From Bacilli bacterium (GTDB lineage: Bacteria; Bacillota_I; Bacilli_A; RF39; UBA660), in contig JAFSVF010000015.1 of NCBI GenBank assembly GCA_017450205.1, forward strand, positions 34,106-98,105: DNA of 64,000 bases, read 5' to 3'. Positions 26,106-35,466 of the stretch are shown piece after piece (the stretch's first letter is position 1; each line of letters begins with the position of its first letter). Made by a program: the position numbers and the translations under genes. The notes under the pieces were generated by a model. It made no database searches and was not told the DNA's origin. It was given only the letters and a program-made list of their open reading frames with translations.

Positions 26106-27440
26106 ATGGAAGAAAAAATTAGAAATCTTTTAGATTCTAAAAACTATAAAGTACTTAAAGTTGAATTATCTGAAATAAATAACTCTGATATTGCTGAAAT
26201 CTTTAGTGAATTTGAAACTAAAGAAATTGTATCTCTTTTTAGACTATTAAAGAAAGACGATGCAGTTGAAGTATTTGCACTTCTAGACCCAAGTATTTCA
26301 ACAGATGTATTAAATTATTTAACAGATAAAGAAGCTGTAACATTAATTGAAGAAATGGCATCAGATGATGCTGCGGACGTTTTGGAAGAAATGCCTGCTA
26401 ATATTGTAGACAAACTATTAAAGAAATGTAGCCCAGATACAAGAAAAGATATCAATAAACTACTTAATTATAAAGAAGATTCAGCTGGTTCCTTAATGAC
26501 AGTTGAATATGCTGAGCTTAAAAATGACATTACAGTAGATACTGCAATTAAATCACTAAAAAAACGCGTAGATGATTACGAAACAATTGATAATGTATTT
26601 ATTGTAGATAATCAAAGAAGATTACTTGGTTATGTTGAACTTAAAGATTTACTATTTGCTGATAGAGATCAAAGTATAAATTCAATTACTCAAGAAATTG
26701 AAACTTACGCCATTACATCAATGGACCAAGAAGAAGTTGCTAATACATTTAAAAAATACGATATTAATGTCATGCCTGTTGTTGATTTAGAAAAAAGACT
26801 AGTTGGTATCATTACTATCGATGACGTTGTCGATGTATTAGAAGAAGAAGCAACTGAAGATATCAAAAAAATGGCTGCTATCATCCCTATTGATAAGCCA
26901 TATGATAAGATTTCAACATTTGAAATCTTTAAATCAAGAATTCCTTGGTTATTACTTTTAATGGTTTCTGCAACATTCACTGGTGGAATAATTCAATCCT
27001 TTGAAGATAAACTTGCAGCTTGTGCAGTATTAACAGCATTTATTCCAATGATTATGGATACAGGTGGTAATGCTGGAGGACAAGCATCAGTTTCAATTAT
27101 ACGTGCTTTATCATTAAATCAAATAGAATTTAAAGATATATTTAAAGTTATATTTAAAGAATTTAGAGTTGCAATACTTTGTTCAATAGTATTAGCAGTA
27201 TGTAATTTTGTTAAATTATTATTAATAGATAAAGTAACTGTTTTAGTAGCCACAGCTGTATGTATTACACTTGCTATTACAGTTATTATTGCTAAATTTG
27301 TAGGTTCTATCCTACCAATGGGCGCAAAAAAACTAGGTTTCGACCCAGCAGTTATGGCAAGTCCATTTATTACAACAATCGTAGATGCACTTGCATTACT
27401 TGTATACTTTAAAGTAGCAGTATCTATTTTAGGATTATAA
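26106..27440 (+). CDS. mgtE: Magnesium transporter MgtE
   Basis: N-domain, two CBS-like repeats, TM domain with IPMIMDTGGNAGGQ. Start moved from the track TTG at 26094 to ATG 26106 (SD GGAGG 26096-26100). Confidence 0.9.
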   Translation: MEEKIRNLLDSKNYKVLKVELSEINNSDIAEIFSEFETKEIVSLFRLLKKDDAVEVFALLDPSISTDVLNYLTDKEAVTLIEEMASDDAADVLEEMPANIVDKLLKKCSPDTRKDINKLLNYKEDSAGSLMTVEYAELKNDITVDTAIKSLKKRVDDYETIDNVFIVDNQRRLLGYVELKDLLFADRDQSINSITQEIETYAITSMDQEEVANTFKKYDINVMPVVDLEKRLVGIITIDDVVDVLEEEATEDIKKMAAIIPIDKPYDKISTFEIFKSRIPWLLLLMVSATFTGGIIQSFEDKLAACAVLTAFIPMIMDTGGNAGGQASVSIIRALSLNQIEFKDIFKVIFKEFRVAILCSIVLAVCNFVKLLLIDKVTVLVATAVCITLAITVIIAKFVGSILPMGAKKLGFDPAVMASPFITTIVDALALLVYFKVAVSILGL

Positions 27441-27452
27441 AAAAACTGATAA

Positions 27453-28151
27453 CTATTTGTTACCAGTTTTTTCATGTATCATTCTTGCTAAATAAATAAA
27501 AGGTGTATCAAATATTGCAAGCACAAGTCCTAAAATAAATGTCGAAATTATTACATTAATAAGTGTATTTATTTCAAATATTCCTCCAAATGCAAATATA
27601 TTAAAAAGAATTGCATTTAATAGTTGTGAGCATATTGTAGAGCCATTATTTCTAACCCACAAATATTTTCTTTTATCTTTATTTTTTTTACTAGTAAAAT
27701 CCCAGATTTTATGATACATAAAAATATCAAAAAATTGAACAATAATATATGCAAGTAAAGAAGATATACATATTCTTGGTACATTAGATACAACTATTTT
27801 TAGTGCCTCACTAATAGTATCATTACTACTAGGAACAAAAATAACAGCTATATTTGTAATTACTATCATACAAATAGAAGCAAATACTCCAATATGAACA
27901 CAAGTCTTACTATCCTCTTTAGAAAAACATTCACTCATTATATCCGTTGCTAAAAATGTTGATGAAAATAATACATTACCTAAAGTCATTTCAACACCAA
28001 AAGCATATATTAACTTATTAACTTCTAAATTAGCAAATATAGTTCCAATTATAATCCAAACAAATAACCCTACTTTACCAAATCTCTTAAAAGATACTAA
28101 CAATAACCCATAATATAATACTATTGTTAATATTAATAACAAACTATTCAT
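27453..28151 (-). CDS. YhhQ/DUF165 (VUT) family transporter, putative queuosine-precursor transporter
   Basis: 232 aa, polytopic. FLATDIMSECFSKEDSK parallels the family motif (D-I-x-x-E-x-x-G). Overlaps the yolD-like gene by 8 nt. Confidence 0.65.
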   Translation of the reverse strand: MNSLLLILTIVLYYGLLLVSFKRFGKVGLFVWIIIGTIFANLEVNKLIYAFGVEMTLGNVLFSSTFLATDIMSECFSKEDSKTCVHIGVFASICMIVITNIAVIFVPSSNDTISEALKIVVSNVPRICISSLLAYIIVQFFDIFMYHKIWDFTSKKNKDKRKYLWVRNNGSTICSQLLNAILFNIFAFGGIFEINTLINVIISTFILGLVLAIFDTPFIYLARMIHEKTGNK

Positions 28152-28560
28152 AATTGTCCCTCACTATTTCAATTCTATAAATATCATCTATTGCTATTCT
28201 AACTCCATCAATATTAATTTGCCTTTTATATTTATCTATCTTTTTAACAATCCCTTCAAGAGTTAAATATTTACCACCACTCTTTTTTTCATCTTTTAGA
28301 AAATAAGTTACATGTACTTTTACATTTTCACTATTACTTATTTCTACTAAACAATCATTTATATTAAGCATTTCTTCTTCAGTTAATTCATGTTTCTTAT
28401 TAGTAAGTCTTCCTGTTTCATAAACTTGATCTTCATAACCAGTAAGAGCAGCAAAAGGTGCAAATTGAGCAGAACGTGCATAAATAGACATTCTAACATG
28501 ATGCTTAGGTTCAGGATGTTCTAAATTAATAATATCTTCATAATTATCCACGATGACCAC
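28144..28560 (-). CDS. YolD-like protein
   Basis: 138 aa. ARSAQFAPFAALTGYE motif typical of YolD-like partners of Y-family polymerases. Overlaps the polymerase gene. Confidence 0.65.
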   Translation of the reverse strand: MVIVDNYEDIINLEHPEPKHHVRMSIYARSAQFAPFAALTGYEDQVYETGRLTNKKHELTEEEMLNINDCLVEISNSENVKVHVTYFLKDEKKSGGKYLTLEGIVKKIDKYKRQINIDGVRIAIDDIYRIEIVRDNYE

Positions 28561-30046
28561 CTACTTGTCCATTTCTATCAATCATAGTTCCACCCTCTTC
28601 AAAGTTCATTCCTTTTAATATTGCATTCTTACCATACTTACTCTTTATTTCTACGATTGTTTTTTGAAGTTCTTTATCTTTTTCTTCTCTTTTACGTTTT
28701 TCTTTTCTTTTTCTTTCTTCCTCTTCAAAATTAGAAGTCAAAGATATTTGTTCAAAGTGAATTGGTTCAATATTCTTAGATTCTTCAACTAAATTACAAG
28801 CACATATATTTATTCTTCTAACTAATAATAACGGATTAGCAATTCTATTAAATAAATCCATTATATAATCACAAAGAATCGAAGAAGTATTAGTTTTGTG
28901 ATCAATATGTATTGTTCCATGTGAATGTTTAGGAATCATTCTTCCATAAAAGTCTTTTACAACCGGTCCATTATAATTCTTATATATTTTAGGATTAGTT
29001 AAATTATCTATATCGTATCCAATTGTTAAAGTTAATTCACTTGTAATTAATCCTTTTTCAGTTAAATCACAAGCAAGTGAATCCATCATTTCTCTAACAA
29101 TAAGTCTTGCTTTTGAATAAGTATAAGGGCAATGTAAAACTTGTCCAGAAGATAAACTATTTGTAGTTGGAGTATATGACTTAACATCTTTAATAGTACA
29201 AGGTTCATAACCCCAAGCATGATCTATTATTAACTCAGCATTAACACCAAATAACTTATATAAAAAATCTTCATTATTAAGAGACATTCTAGCAACATCA
29301 CCTAAAGAATGCATTCCATTTAATTCTAACTTTCTTGCAATACCTCCACCTATTCTCCATATATCAGTCATAGGTCTATGATTCCATAAATATTTCCTAA
29401 AACTTAACTCATCAAGTTCAGCTATTCTAACTCCATACTCATCAGCTTCAGTATGTTTAGCTACAACATCCATTGCCACTTTAGCTAAAAACATATTAGT
29501 ACCTATTCCAGCAGTTGCTGTTATACCAGTAGTTTTTAATACGTCTTGAATAATCATTGTAGTTAATTCTTTAGGAGTCTTTTTATATAATTTCAAATAA
29601 TTAGTTATATCACAAAATACTTCATCTATTGAATAAACATATATATCATCTTTAGATAAGTATTTTAAATATACTTTATATATATTAGTACTATAAACCA
29701 TATACTTTCTCATTTGAGGAGGTGCAGTTATATAATCCAATTTTAAATTCTTATTACTTTTAAGTTCACTATCTAAATAAGAACTTCCTTCAAACTTACT
29801 TTTATCAGTTTTTAAAAGTCTTTCACTATTAATTTGTTTAGTTTTTTCAACCACTTCAAAAAGTCTTGCTCTACCAGGAATACCATATTGTTTTAAACTT
29901 GGTGATACTGCTAAACAAATTGTTTTTTCTGTTCTCGAAGCATCAGCAACAACTAAATTAGTATTAAGTGGATCAAGACCTCTTTCTCTACATTCAACAG
30001 AGGCATAAAAACTTTTCAAATCTATACACATATATATTCTATTCAT
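28544..30046 (-). CDS. Y-family (translesion) DNA polymerase, UmuC/UvrX type
   Basis: 500 aa. MCIDLKSFYASVECRERGLDP, SIDEVF catalytic segment, HhH-like region. Lys/Glu-rich insert near the C-terminus. Confidence 0.85.
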   Translation of the reverse strand: MNRIYMCIDLKSFYASVECRERGLDPLNTNLVVADASRTEKTICLAVSPSLKQYGIPGRARLFEVVEKTKQINSERLLKTDKSKFEGSSYLDSELKSNKNLKLDYITAPPQMRKYMVYSTNIYKVYLKYLSKDDIYVYSIDEVFCDITNYLKLYKKTPKELTTMIIQDVLKTTGITATAGIGTNMFLAKVAMDVVAKHTEADEYGVRIAELDELSFRKYLWNHRPMTDIWRIGGGIARKLELNGMHSLGDVARMSLNNEDFLYKLFGVNAELIIDHAWGYEPCTIKDVKSYTPTTNSLSSGQVLHCPYTYSKARLIVREMMDSLACDLTEKGLITSELTLTIGYDIDNLTNPKIYKNYNGPVVKDFYGRMIPKHSHGTIHIDHKTNTSSILCDYIMDLFNRIANPLLLVRRINICACNLVEESKNIEPIHFEQISLTSNFEEEERKRKEKRKREEKDKELQKTIVEIKSKYGKNAILKGMNFEEGGTMIDRNGQVGGHRG

Positions 30047-30064
30047 TCTTTACCTCCTTAAAAT

Positions 30065-30093
30065 ATTTTATCAAACATTTGTTCTTTTCTCAA
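30065..30093 (-). promoter_or_regulatory. Candidate SOS-regulated promoter with a LexA (Cheo) box in the spacer
   Basis: Minus strand: TTGAGA (30093-30088), 17 nt, TAAAAT (30070-30065). The spacer contains AGAACAAATGTTTG (30085-30072), compared with the Firmicute consensus CGAACnnnnGTTCG. Confidence 0.4.
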
Positions 30094-30169
30094 TTATAAA
30101 TGTAAATATATCTTATAATTATTTATTTAAATTTTTCTTTTGATATAATTAAATTAAGGTAGTGAGTTT

Positions 30170-31126
30170 ATGATTATATTATTACAAATTGTACTCATAT
30201 GTGTAGGTTTCTTTCTACTCTGTAAGGGTGCAGATTTACTTGTTGATGGTGCATCATCACTTGCACTAAATTTTAAATTACCGAAACTATTAATAGGTTT
30301 AACAATTGTTGCTTTTGGTACTTCTCTACCAGAACTAGCAGTAGCCTTTAAATCTATTTATGAAGGTTCCCCTGATATAGCTTTTGGTAATACAATTGGT
30401 AGTGGTATAACAAATATACTTTTAATACTTGGTATATCAGCTATAATAAGACCAATAAAAATAAAAGAAAAAACAATATATGCTGAACTTCCAATAATGT
30501 TACTAATTACATTAACATTTACTACTCTACTATGTGATATATTCTTACAAAATAATAATATAAATATTTTTTCTAGATCAGATGCAATTGTAATAATACT
30601 TACATTTGGTGTATTTATAAATTACCTATTAAGAGAATCTATTAAAAAGAAAGAAAAAATAAAAGAAAAACCGGATTATAAAATAAGTACTTCATTCATA
30701 TTAATGATTATTGGTTTAATTTCACTTGTAGTAGGAAGTGACTTAGTAGTAGATTCAGTTGAATATATTGGTAATATGTTTAACATAAGTGAAAGAATAA
30801 TATCTTTAACAGTTGTTACTTTTGGAACTTCTCTACCAGAAATGATAACAGCAATTGTAGCATCTCGTAAAAATGAATCAGAACTTATCTTAGGTAATAT
30901 CCTAGGTAGTAATATATTTAATATATGTGTAGTAATTGGATTTCCTATTCTATTATATGGAAATGTACCAAATATAACAGTTAACCTACTAGATATAGTA
31001 ATGGATATATTAACAGCTTTCTTATTATTCATATTCTGTTACTTTGATAGAGTTATATCAAAAGTTAATGGTTATATAATGGTATTCTTGTTCTTTGTAT
31101 ATTACACAATTATTTTATTCATATAA
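30170..31126 (+). CDS. Ca2+/Na+ antiporter (CaCA family, YrbG-like)
   Basis: 318 aa, 10 TM helices. Duplicated alpha-repeats GTSLPELAVAF and GTSLPEMITAI, plus GNILGSNIFNI. Confidence 0.85.
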   Translation: MIILLQIVLICVGFFLLCKGADLLVDGASSLALNFKLPKLLIGLTIVAFGTSLPELAVAFKSIYEGSPDIAFGNTIGSGITNILLILGISAIIRPIKIKEKTIYAELPIMLLITLTFTTLLCDIFLQNNNINIFSRSDAIVIILTFGVFINYLLRESIKKKEKIKEKPDYKISTSFILMIIGLISLVVGSDLVVDSVEYIGNMFNISERIISLTVVTFGTSLPEMITAIVASRKNESELILGNILGSNIFNICVVIGFPILLYGNVPNITVNLLDIVMDILTAFLLFIFCYFDRVISKVNGYIMVFLFFVYYTIILFI

Positions 31127-31150
31127 AAACCAGTTTATAAAACTGGTTTT
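31126..31150. terminator. Bidirectional terminator between the convergent antiporter and gpmI genes
   Basis: Hairpin aaaccagtt (31127-31135) pairs with aactggttt (31141-31149). Flanked by A- and T-runs. Confidence 0.6.
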
Positions 31151-32714
31151 ATTTTTGAATATATATCATAGATTCTTTCCAAACTGGATTTGATTCAACT
31201 CCTAGTAAATCAGTAATTGTACTAGCTAAATTAGCAAGTCCAAAGTCTCCATTCTTAAATTTAATATTATCTATATCTTTACCATAAATAATAAATGGTA
31301 CAGGATTAGTAGTATGACTAGTTTTAACATTACCTTTTTCATCTATCATTTCTTCAGCATTTCCATGGTCTGCAAGAACTAAAAGAATTGAATTAGTTTC
31401 ATCTACTGCTTTCATTATTTTTCCAATATTTTCATCTACTGCTTCCATAGACTTAACTGTAGCTTCATAATTTCCAGTATGACCTACCATATCCCCATTA
31501 GGGAAATTACATCTTAAAAATTTATATTTATTTGATTTTATTGCATCTATAAATTTATCTGTTATTTCATATGACTTCATAGCAGGAGCTTGATCAAAAG
31601 GAATAATATCAGAATCAACTTTTTCATAAGTTTCAAGTTCCTCACTAAATTTATCTATCTTATTACCATTCCAAAAATATGTAACATGACCAAACTTTTG
31701 TGTTTCTGAAACTGCATATTCATTTATACCATTCTTAACTAATTCTTCAGTTAAAGTATTAGTTATATTTGGAGGTAAAGTTAAATAATTCTTTGGTATT
31801 TCAAGTTCAGAATCATATTGAAGCATACCAGCATAATAAACTTTAGGTACTCTTACTCTATCAAATGCACTAAATTCCTTTTCAGTAAATGCTCTGGATA
31901 TTTCTATTGCTCTATCTCCCCTAAAGTTAAAGAAAATAACTGAATCATTATCTTCAATAGTTCCATTACTATTTTCAATAACAAATGGATTTAAATATTG
32001 ATCTATAATATCAGGATTTTCCTTTCTATCAGTTTCAATAGCAACACGTGCACTAATAAATTTTCTTCCTTCTCCTAATACATGAGTATGCCATCCTCTT
32101 TCAACCATACTCCAATCAGCTTCATATCTATCCATAGTGATGTTCATTCTTCCACCACCACTTACAATACGTCCATTAAATGTATCATCATTTAATTCTT
32201 TTAACTTATTTTCTAACATATCAACATAAGTTAAAGCAGATGTTTTAGGAACATCTCTACCATCTAGTAAAATATGAACACATACATCTTTAACATTAGC
32301 TTTTTTAGCTTCTTCAAGCATCTTTAATAAATGATTAATATGTGAATGAACTCCACCATCAGATAAAAGTCCAATAAAATGCATCTTATTATTTTTACAA
32401 TATTCACATGCATCAATCCATGTTTTACCTTCAAAAAGTGTTCCATCATTAATAGCATCATTCACAAGTTTAGCTCCTTGTGAATATATTTGACCACATC
32501 CCATTGCATTATGACCAACTTCACTATTACCCATATCTTCATCACTAGGTAAACCTACATAAGTACCATGTGCATGAATCGCAATTGAATTACTCATTAT
32601 TTTATCTAAATTTGGTGTATAAGCATTTTTAAATGCATTACCATTAACTTTATTTGTTAAACCTACACCATCCATTATTGCTAATACTATTTGTCTATCC
32701 ATTATCATCACCAT
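31149..32714 (-). CDS. gpmI: 2,3-bisphosphoglycerate-independent phosphoglycerate mutase
   Basis: 521 aa in the track (likely start Met5 at 32702). iPGM motifs MGNSEVGH, LLDGRDV, LADHGNAE, TSHT. Confidence 0.9.
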   Translation of the reverse strand: MVMIMDRQIVLAIMDGVGLTNKVNGNAFKNAYTPNLDKIMSNSIAIHAHGTYVGLPSDEDMGNSEVGHNAMGCGQIYSQGAKLVNDAINDGTLFEGKTWIDACEYCKNNKMHFIGLLSDGGVHSHINHLLKMLEEAKKANVKDVCVHILLDGRDVPKTSALTYVDMLENKLKELNDDTFNGRIVSGGGRMNITMDRYEADWSMVERGWHTHVLGEGRKFISARVAIETDRKENPDIIDQYLNPFVIENSNGTIEDNDSVIFFNFRGDRAIEISRAFTEKEFSAFDRVRVPKVYYAGMLQYDSELEIPKNYLTLPPNITNTLTEELVKNGINEYAVSETQKFGHVTYFWNGNKIDKFSEELETYEKVDSDIIPFDQAPAMKSYEITDKFIDAIKSNKYKFLRCNFPNGDMVGHTGNYEATVKSMEAVDENIGKIMKAVDETNSILLVLADHGNAEEMIDEKGNVKTSHTTNPVPFIIYGKDIDNIKFKNGDFGLANLASTITDLLGVESNPVWKESMIYIQK

Positions 32715-32793
32715 ATAAATTATAACATATAAAAGATATTCAAAGATTTTTTGTCATAAATATTTACATAAAAAAAGACTTATAAAAGTCTAA

Positions 32794-33450
32794 TTAGTTA
32801 TCAAATGTATCTAAATTTTCATAATCTTTAACTTTTTTAATTATAAATATAATTAAAGGAGTTAATACTATTTCAAATACTACTTTAAATATAAATGAAG
32901 AAATCATTACTTCTATCAAAGCATTGTTAGATATAGTTCCATACATAGCAAGTGGAAAGAATATAAGGCAATCTAATCCTTCACCAACTATCGTAGAAAA
33001 AATTGTTCTAAAAAATAAATACTTACCTTTCATAACAACTTTCAATTTAGATAACACTAATGCATTTGCAAGTGTTCCAACTGAAAATGCTAAAAATGCA
33101 GCAACTAATATTCTAGGAGTATTACCTAAAATATGAACTAAATCACTTTGATATTGAAATTCACTAGATCCTGGAAGTGCAATTGTAATTGCAAAAAATA
33201 TAACTATTATTAAATTACATAAGAAACTCATCCAAGTAGAAAACTTAGCTTTTTTATAACCATATACTTCAGTTAATATATCACCAATTATATAAGTAAC
33301 CGGATAAACTAAATTAGATGCTGCAAATACAAGACCAAAAATTGAAAGTGTTTTAACAACTATAATATTTGATGCAAGTACACAAGCAACATTTATTAAT
33401 ACTAAAATGATATATAAACCTGAATAAGTTACTCTATTCTTTTTTCCCAT
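32794..33450 (-). CDS. YhhQ/DUF165 (VUT) family transporter, putative queuosine-precursor transporter (second paralog)
   Basis: 218 aa, polytopic. YPVTYIIGDILTEVYGYKKAK matches the family motif well. Confidence 0.75.
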   Translation of the reverse strand: MGKKNRVTYSGLYIILVLINVACVLASNIIVVKTLSIFGLVFAASNLVYPVTYIIGDILTEVYGYKKAKFSTWMSFLCNLIIVIFFAITIALPGSSEFQYQSDLVHILGNTPRILVAAFLAFSVGTLANALVLSKLKVVMKGKYLFFRTIFSTIVGEGLDCLIFFPLAMYGTISNNALIEVMISSFIFKVVFEIVLTPLIIFIIKKVKDYENLDTFDN

Positions 33451-33513
33451 ATCATTACCTCACCTTACTAATTTATTTTAACATAAAAAAAGACTAAATA
33501 ATCTTTGTTTACA

Positions 33514-33969
33514 TTATTTAATCTCATATTTTGAGTTTTTAATAACATCATTAAAATTATCTATAACTTTTTGAATATCATCTTTCATAATATTACACTC
33601 AGCTAATTTATAAGCTTTATCTTCATTATCAGATTCACAAGTATACTCATAACTCTCTAAATCATATGTAGAATTAAAAGTATCATTAATTATTTTATAA
33701 TCATATGTTATCTTTTTATCTTTCCAATTATAAATCATTGACCCGTTTTGTAATGAAGTATATTCTGTATTAACTTTTAATTCAGTATTATCAATATCAT
33801 ATATAGTTGTAGTCTTAATAGAATCTGTTTCGTTACTATCTTTAACACATACATTCTTCATACATTCAAATCCATCATTTTTTAAGTAAACAACTAACTT
33901 ATTCTCCTCGCTACAACCAGTAATAAGAAATAAAGAAAATATTAAAACTAAAATCTTAGTATTCTTCAT
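33514..33969 (-). CDS. Lipoprotein of unknown function
   Basis: 151 aa. Signal peptide with lipobox LITG|C. Confidence 0.55.
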   Translation of the reverse strand: MKNTKILVLIFSLFLITGCSEENKLVVYLKNDGFECMKNVCVKDSNETDSIKTTTIYDIDNTELKVNTEYTSLQNGSMIYNWKDKKITYDYKIINDTFNSTYDLESYEYTCESDNEDKAYKLAECNIMKDDIQKVIDNFNDVIKNSKYEIK

Positions 33970-34696
33970 AATTTACAACACTCCAATTCTTAATATTAAT
34001 TGGTGAAAGCATAGTATTACAATAAGAACATTTACCTCTACCAAAGAAATCAACAGGAGCTCCACAATTTGGACAATTAATCTTTAATAAATCAAAGTTT
34101 TCTGGAATCTTATCTTCATCATAAATATAAACATATTCTAATTTATATCTAGTCTCTTTTCTAACATCAGTAAACTTCTTTTCTTTTTCATCATTAGAAT
34201 CATAATAATAACTTAAAGATGCAACAACAGTTATTTTAGCAGCTCCACCTTTATTAGAATATTCACTAATAGCACATTTATTAAATCTAACATTAATAAA
34301 ACTTACATTCTTATCTAGTTCATTTAAATTTTTAATTTCATCTTCAACTTTAGGTCTAATAAATTTAAGATTTTTATCTTTAATAAGTGATGAATCTTTA
34401 CTTTCAATAGCATCTAAAATTTCATTAATATAGTTTTTTGTTTGAGTAAATATTTGTTCTTGATTAAATGATGGAAAATCATTAGCTATTAAAGGAACTA
34501 ATAATTTAGTCATATCACTTAAGTTTTTAGGTCTAGAGTATATTTCTTTTTCTGTAGTACTTTGCTTTTTAATTTCTTCAATTAATTCTTTTATAGAACT
34601 AAATCCTAAAGCACTAACAAACTTATTTATTCCACTAAATAAACATAGTAATAATACAATTAAAATAACAAGTAATGTTAAAATAACATAAATCAT
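33956..34696 (-). CDS. N-anchored protein with a C-terminal zinc ribbon (possibly Tim44-like)
   Basis: 246 aa. N-terminal TM helix, soluble domain, CPNC...CSYC ribbon. Confidence 0.4.
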   Translation of the reverse strand: MIYVILTLLVILIVLLLCLFSGINKFVSALGFSSIKELIEEIKKQSTTEKEIYSRPKNLSDMTKLLVPLIANDFPSFNQEQIFTQTKNYINEILDAIESKDSSLIKDKNLKFIRPKVEDEIKNLNELDKNVSFINVRFNKCAISEYSNKGGAAKITVVASLSYYYDSNDEKEKKFTDVRKETRYKLEYVYIYDEDKIPENFDLLKINCPNCGAPVDFFGRGKCSYCNTMLSPINIKNWSVVNYEEY

Positions 34697-34699
34697 ATA

Positions 34700-35458
34700 T
34701 TACTCCATTTCTAAATCTAGTTCTATTGGACAGTGATCACTTCCCATTACATCATCTAATATTTTAGAACTATTAACTTTACTTATATAATCTTTAGATA
34801 TAAGAAAATAATCTAATCTCCAACCGGAATTATTTTCTCTAGCATGTCCCATATAACTCCACCAAGTATATTTATTTTTTTCTTCTGGATTAAAGTATCT
34901 CCAAGTATCAATTAAACCTGATTCTAAAAGAACAGTAAACTTATCTCTTTCTTCATATGTAAATCCTGCTTTACCAACATTAGCTCTAGCATTTTTAATA
35001 TCATTTTCAGTATGAGCAACATTAAAGTCACCACAAATAACTACTGGTTTCTTTTCTTCAAGTTTCTTAACATAAGCTTTAAAATCATCTTCCCAAGTCA
35101 TTCTATAATCTAAACGAGATAAATCTCTTTTAGCATTAGGTACATATAAATTAATTAAATAAAAATCTTTAAATTCTAAATTTATAATTCTTCCTTCATT
35201 ATCATGTTCTTGAATACCCATTCCATATGTAACATTTAAAGGTTTAATTCTTGTAAAAACTAAAGTTCCAGAATATCCTTTCTTTTCGGCAGGATTTAAA
35301 TATATTTCATATCCTTCTTTAGAGTAATCTAATTGTTCTTTTAATACTTTAGCTTCTTGTAAGCAATAAACATCAGCATTTTCTTTATCAAAGAATTCAT
35401 CAAAGCCTTTATTTAGTACTGCTCTAAAACCAGCTACATTCCAAGAAATTATTTTCAT
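34700..35458 (-). CDS. xth: Exodeoxyribonuclease III
   Basis: 252 aa. MKIISWNVAG, CLQE, GDFNVAH, SDHCPIELD. Confidence 0.9.
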   Translation of the reverse strand: MKIISWNVAGFRAVLNKGFDEFFDKENADVYCLQEAKVLKEQLDYSKEGYEIYLNPAEKKGYSGTLVFTRIKPLNVTYGMGIQEHDNEGRIINLEFKDFYLINLYVPNAKRDLSRLDYRMTWEDDFKAYVKKLEEKKPVVICGDFNVAHTENDIKNARANVGKAGFTYEERDKFTVLLESGLIDTWRYFNPEEKNKYTWWSYMGHARENNSGWRLDYFLISKDYISKVNSSKILDDVMGSDHCPIELDLEME

Positions 35459-35466
35459 ATTATCAC

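Noticed and set aside
26705-27475. Minus-strand ORFs of 91 and 118 aa inside mgtE
   Set aside because: They are antisense to the clearly conserved MgtE CBS and TM domains. Their hydrophobic mirror translations mark them as shadow ORFs.
33451-33513. Possible preQ1 riboswitch upstream of the YhhQ-like transporter gene
   Set aside because: The 63-nt gap is largely taken up by the terminator of the upstream lipoprotein gene. No preQ1-type hairpin plus A-rich tail adjoins the SD.
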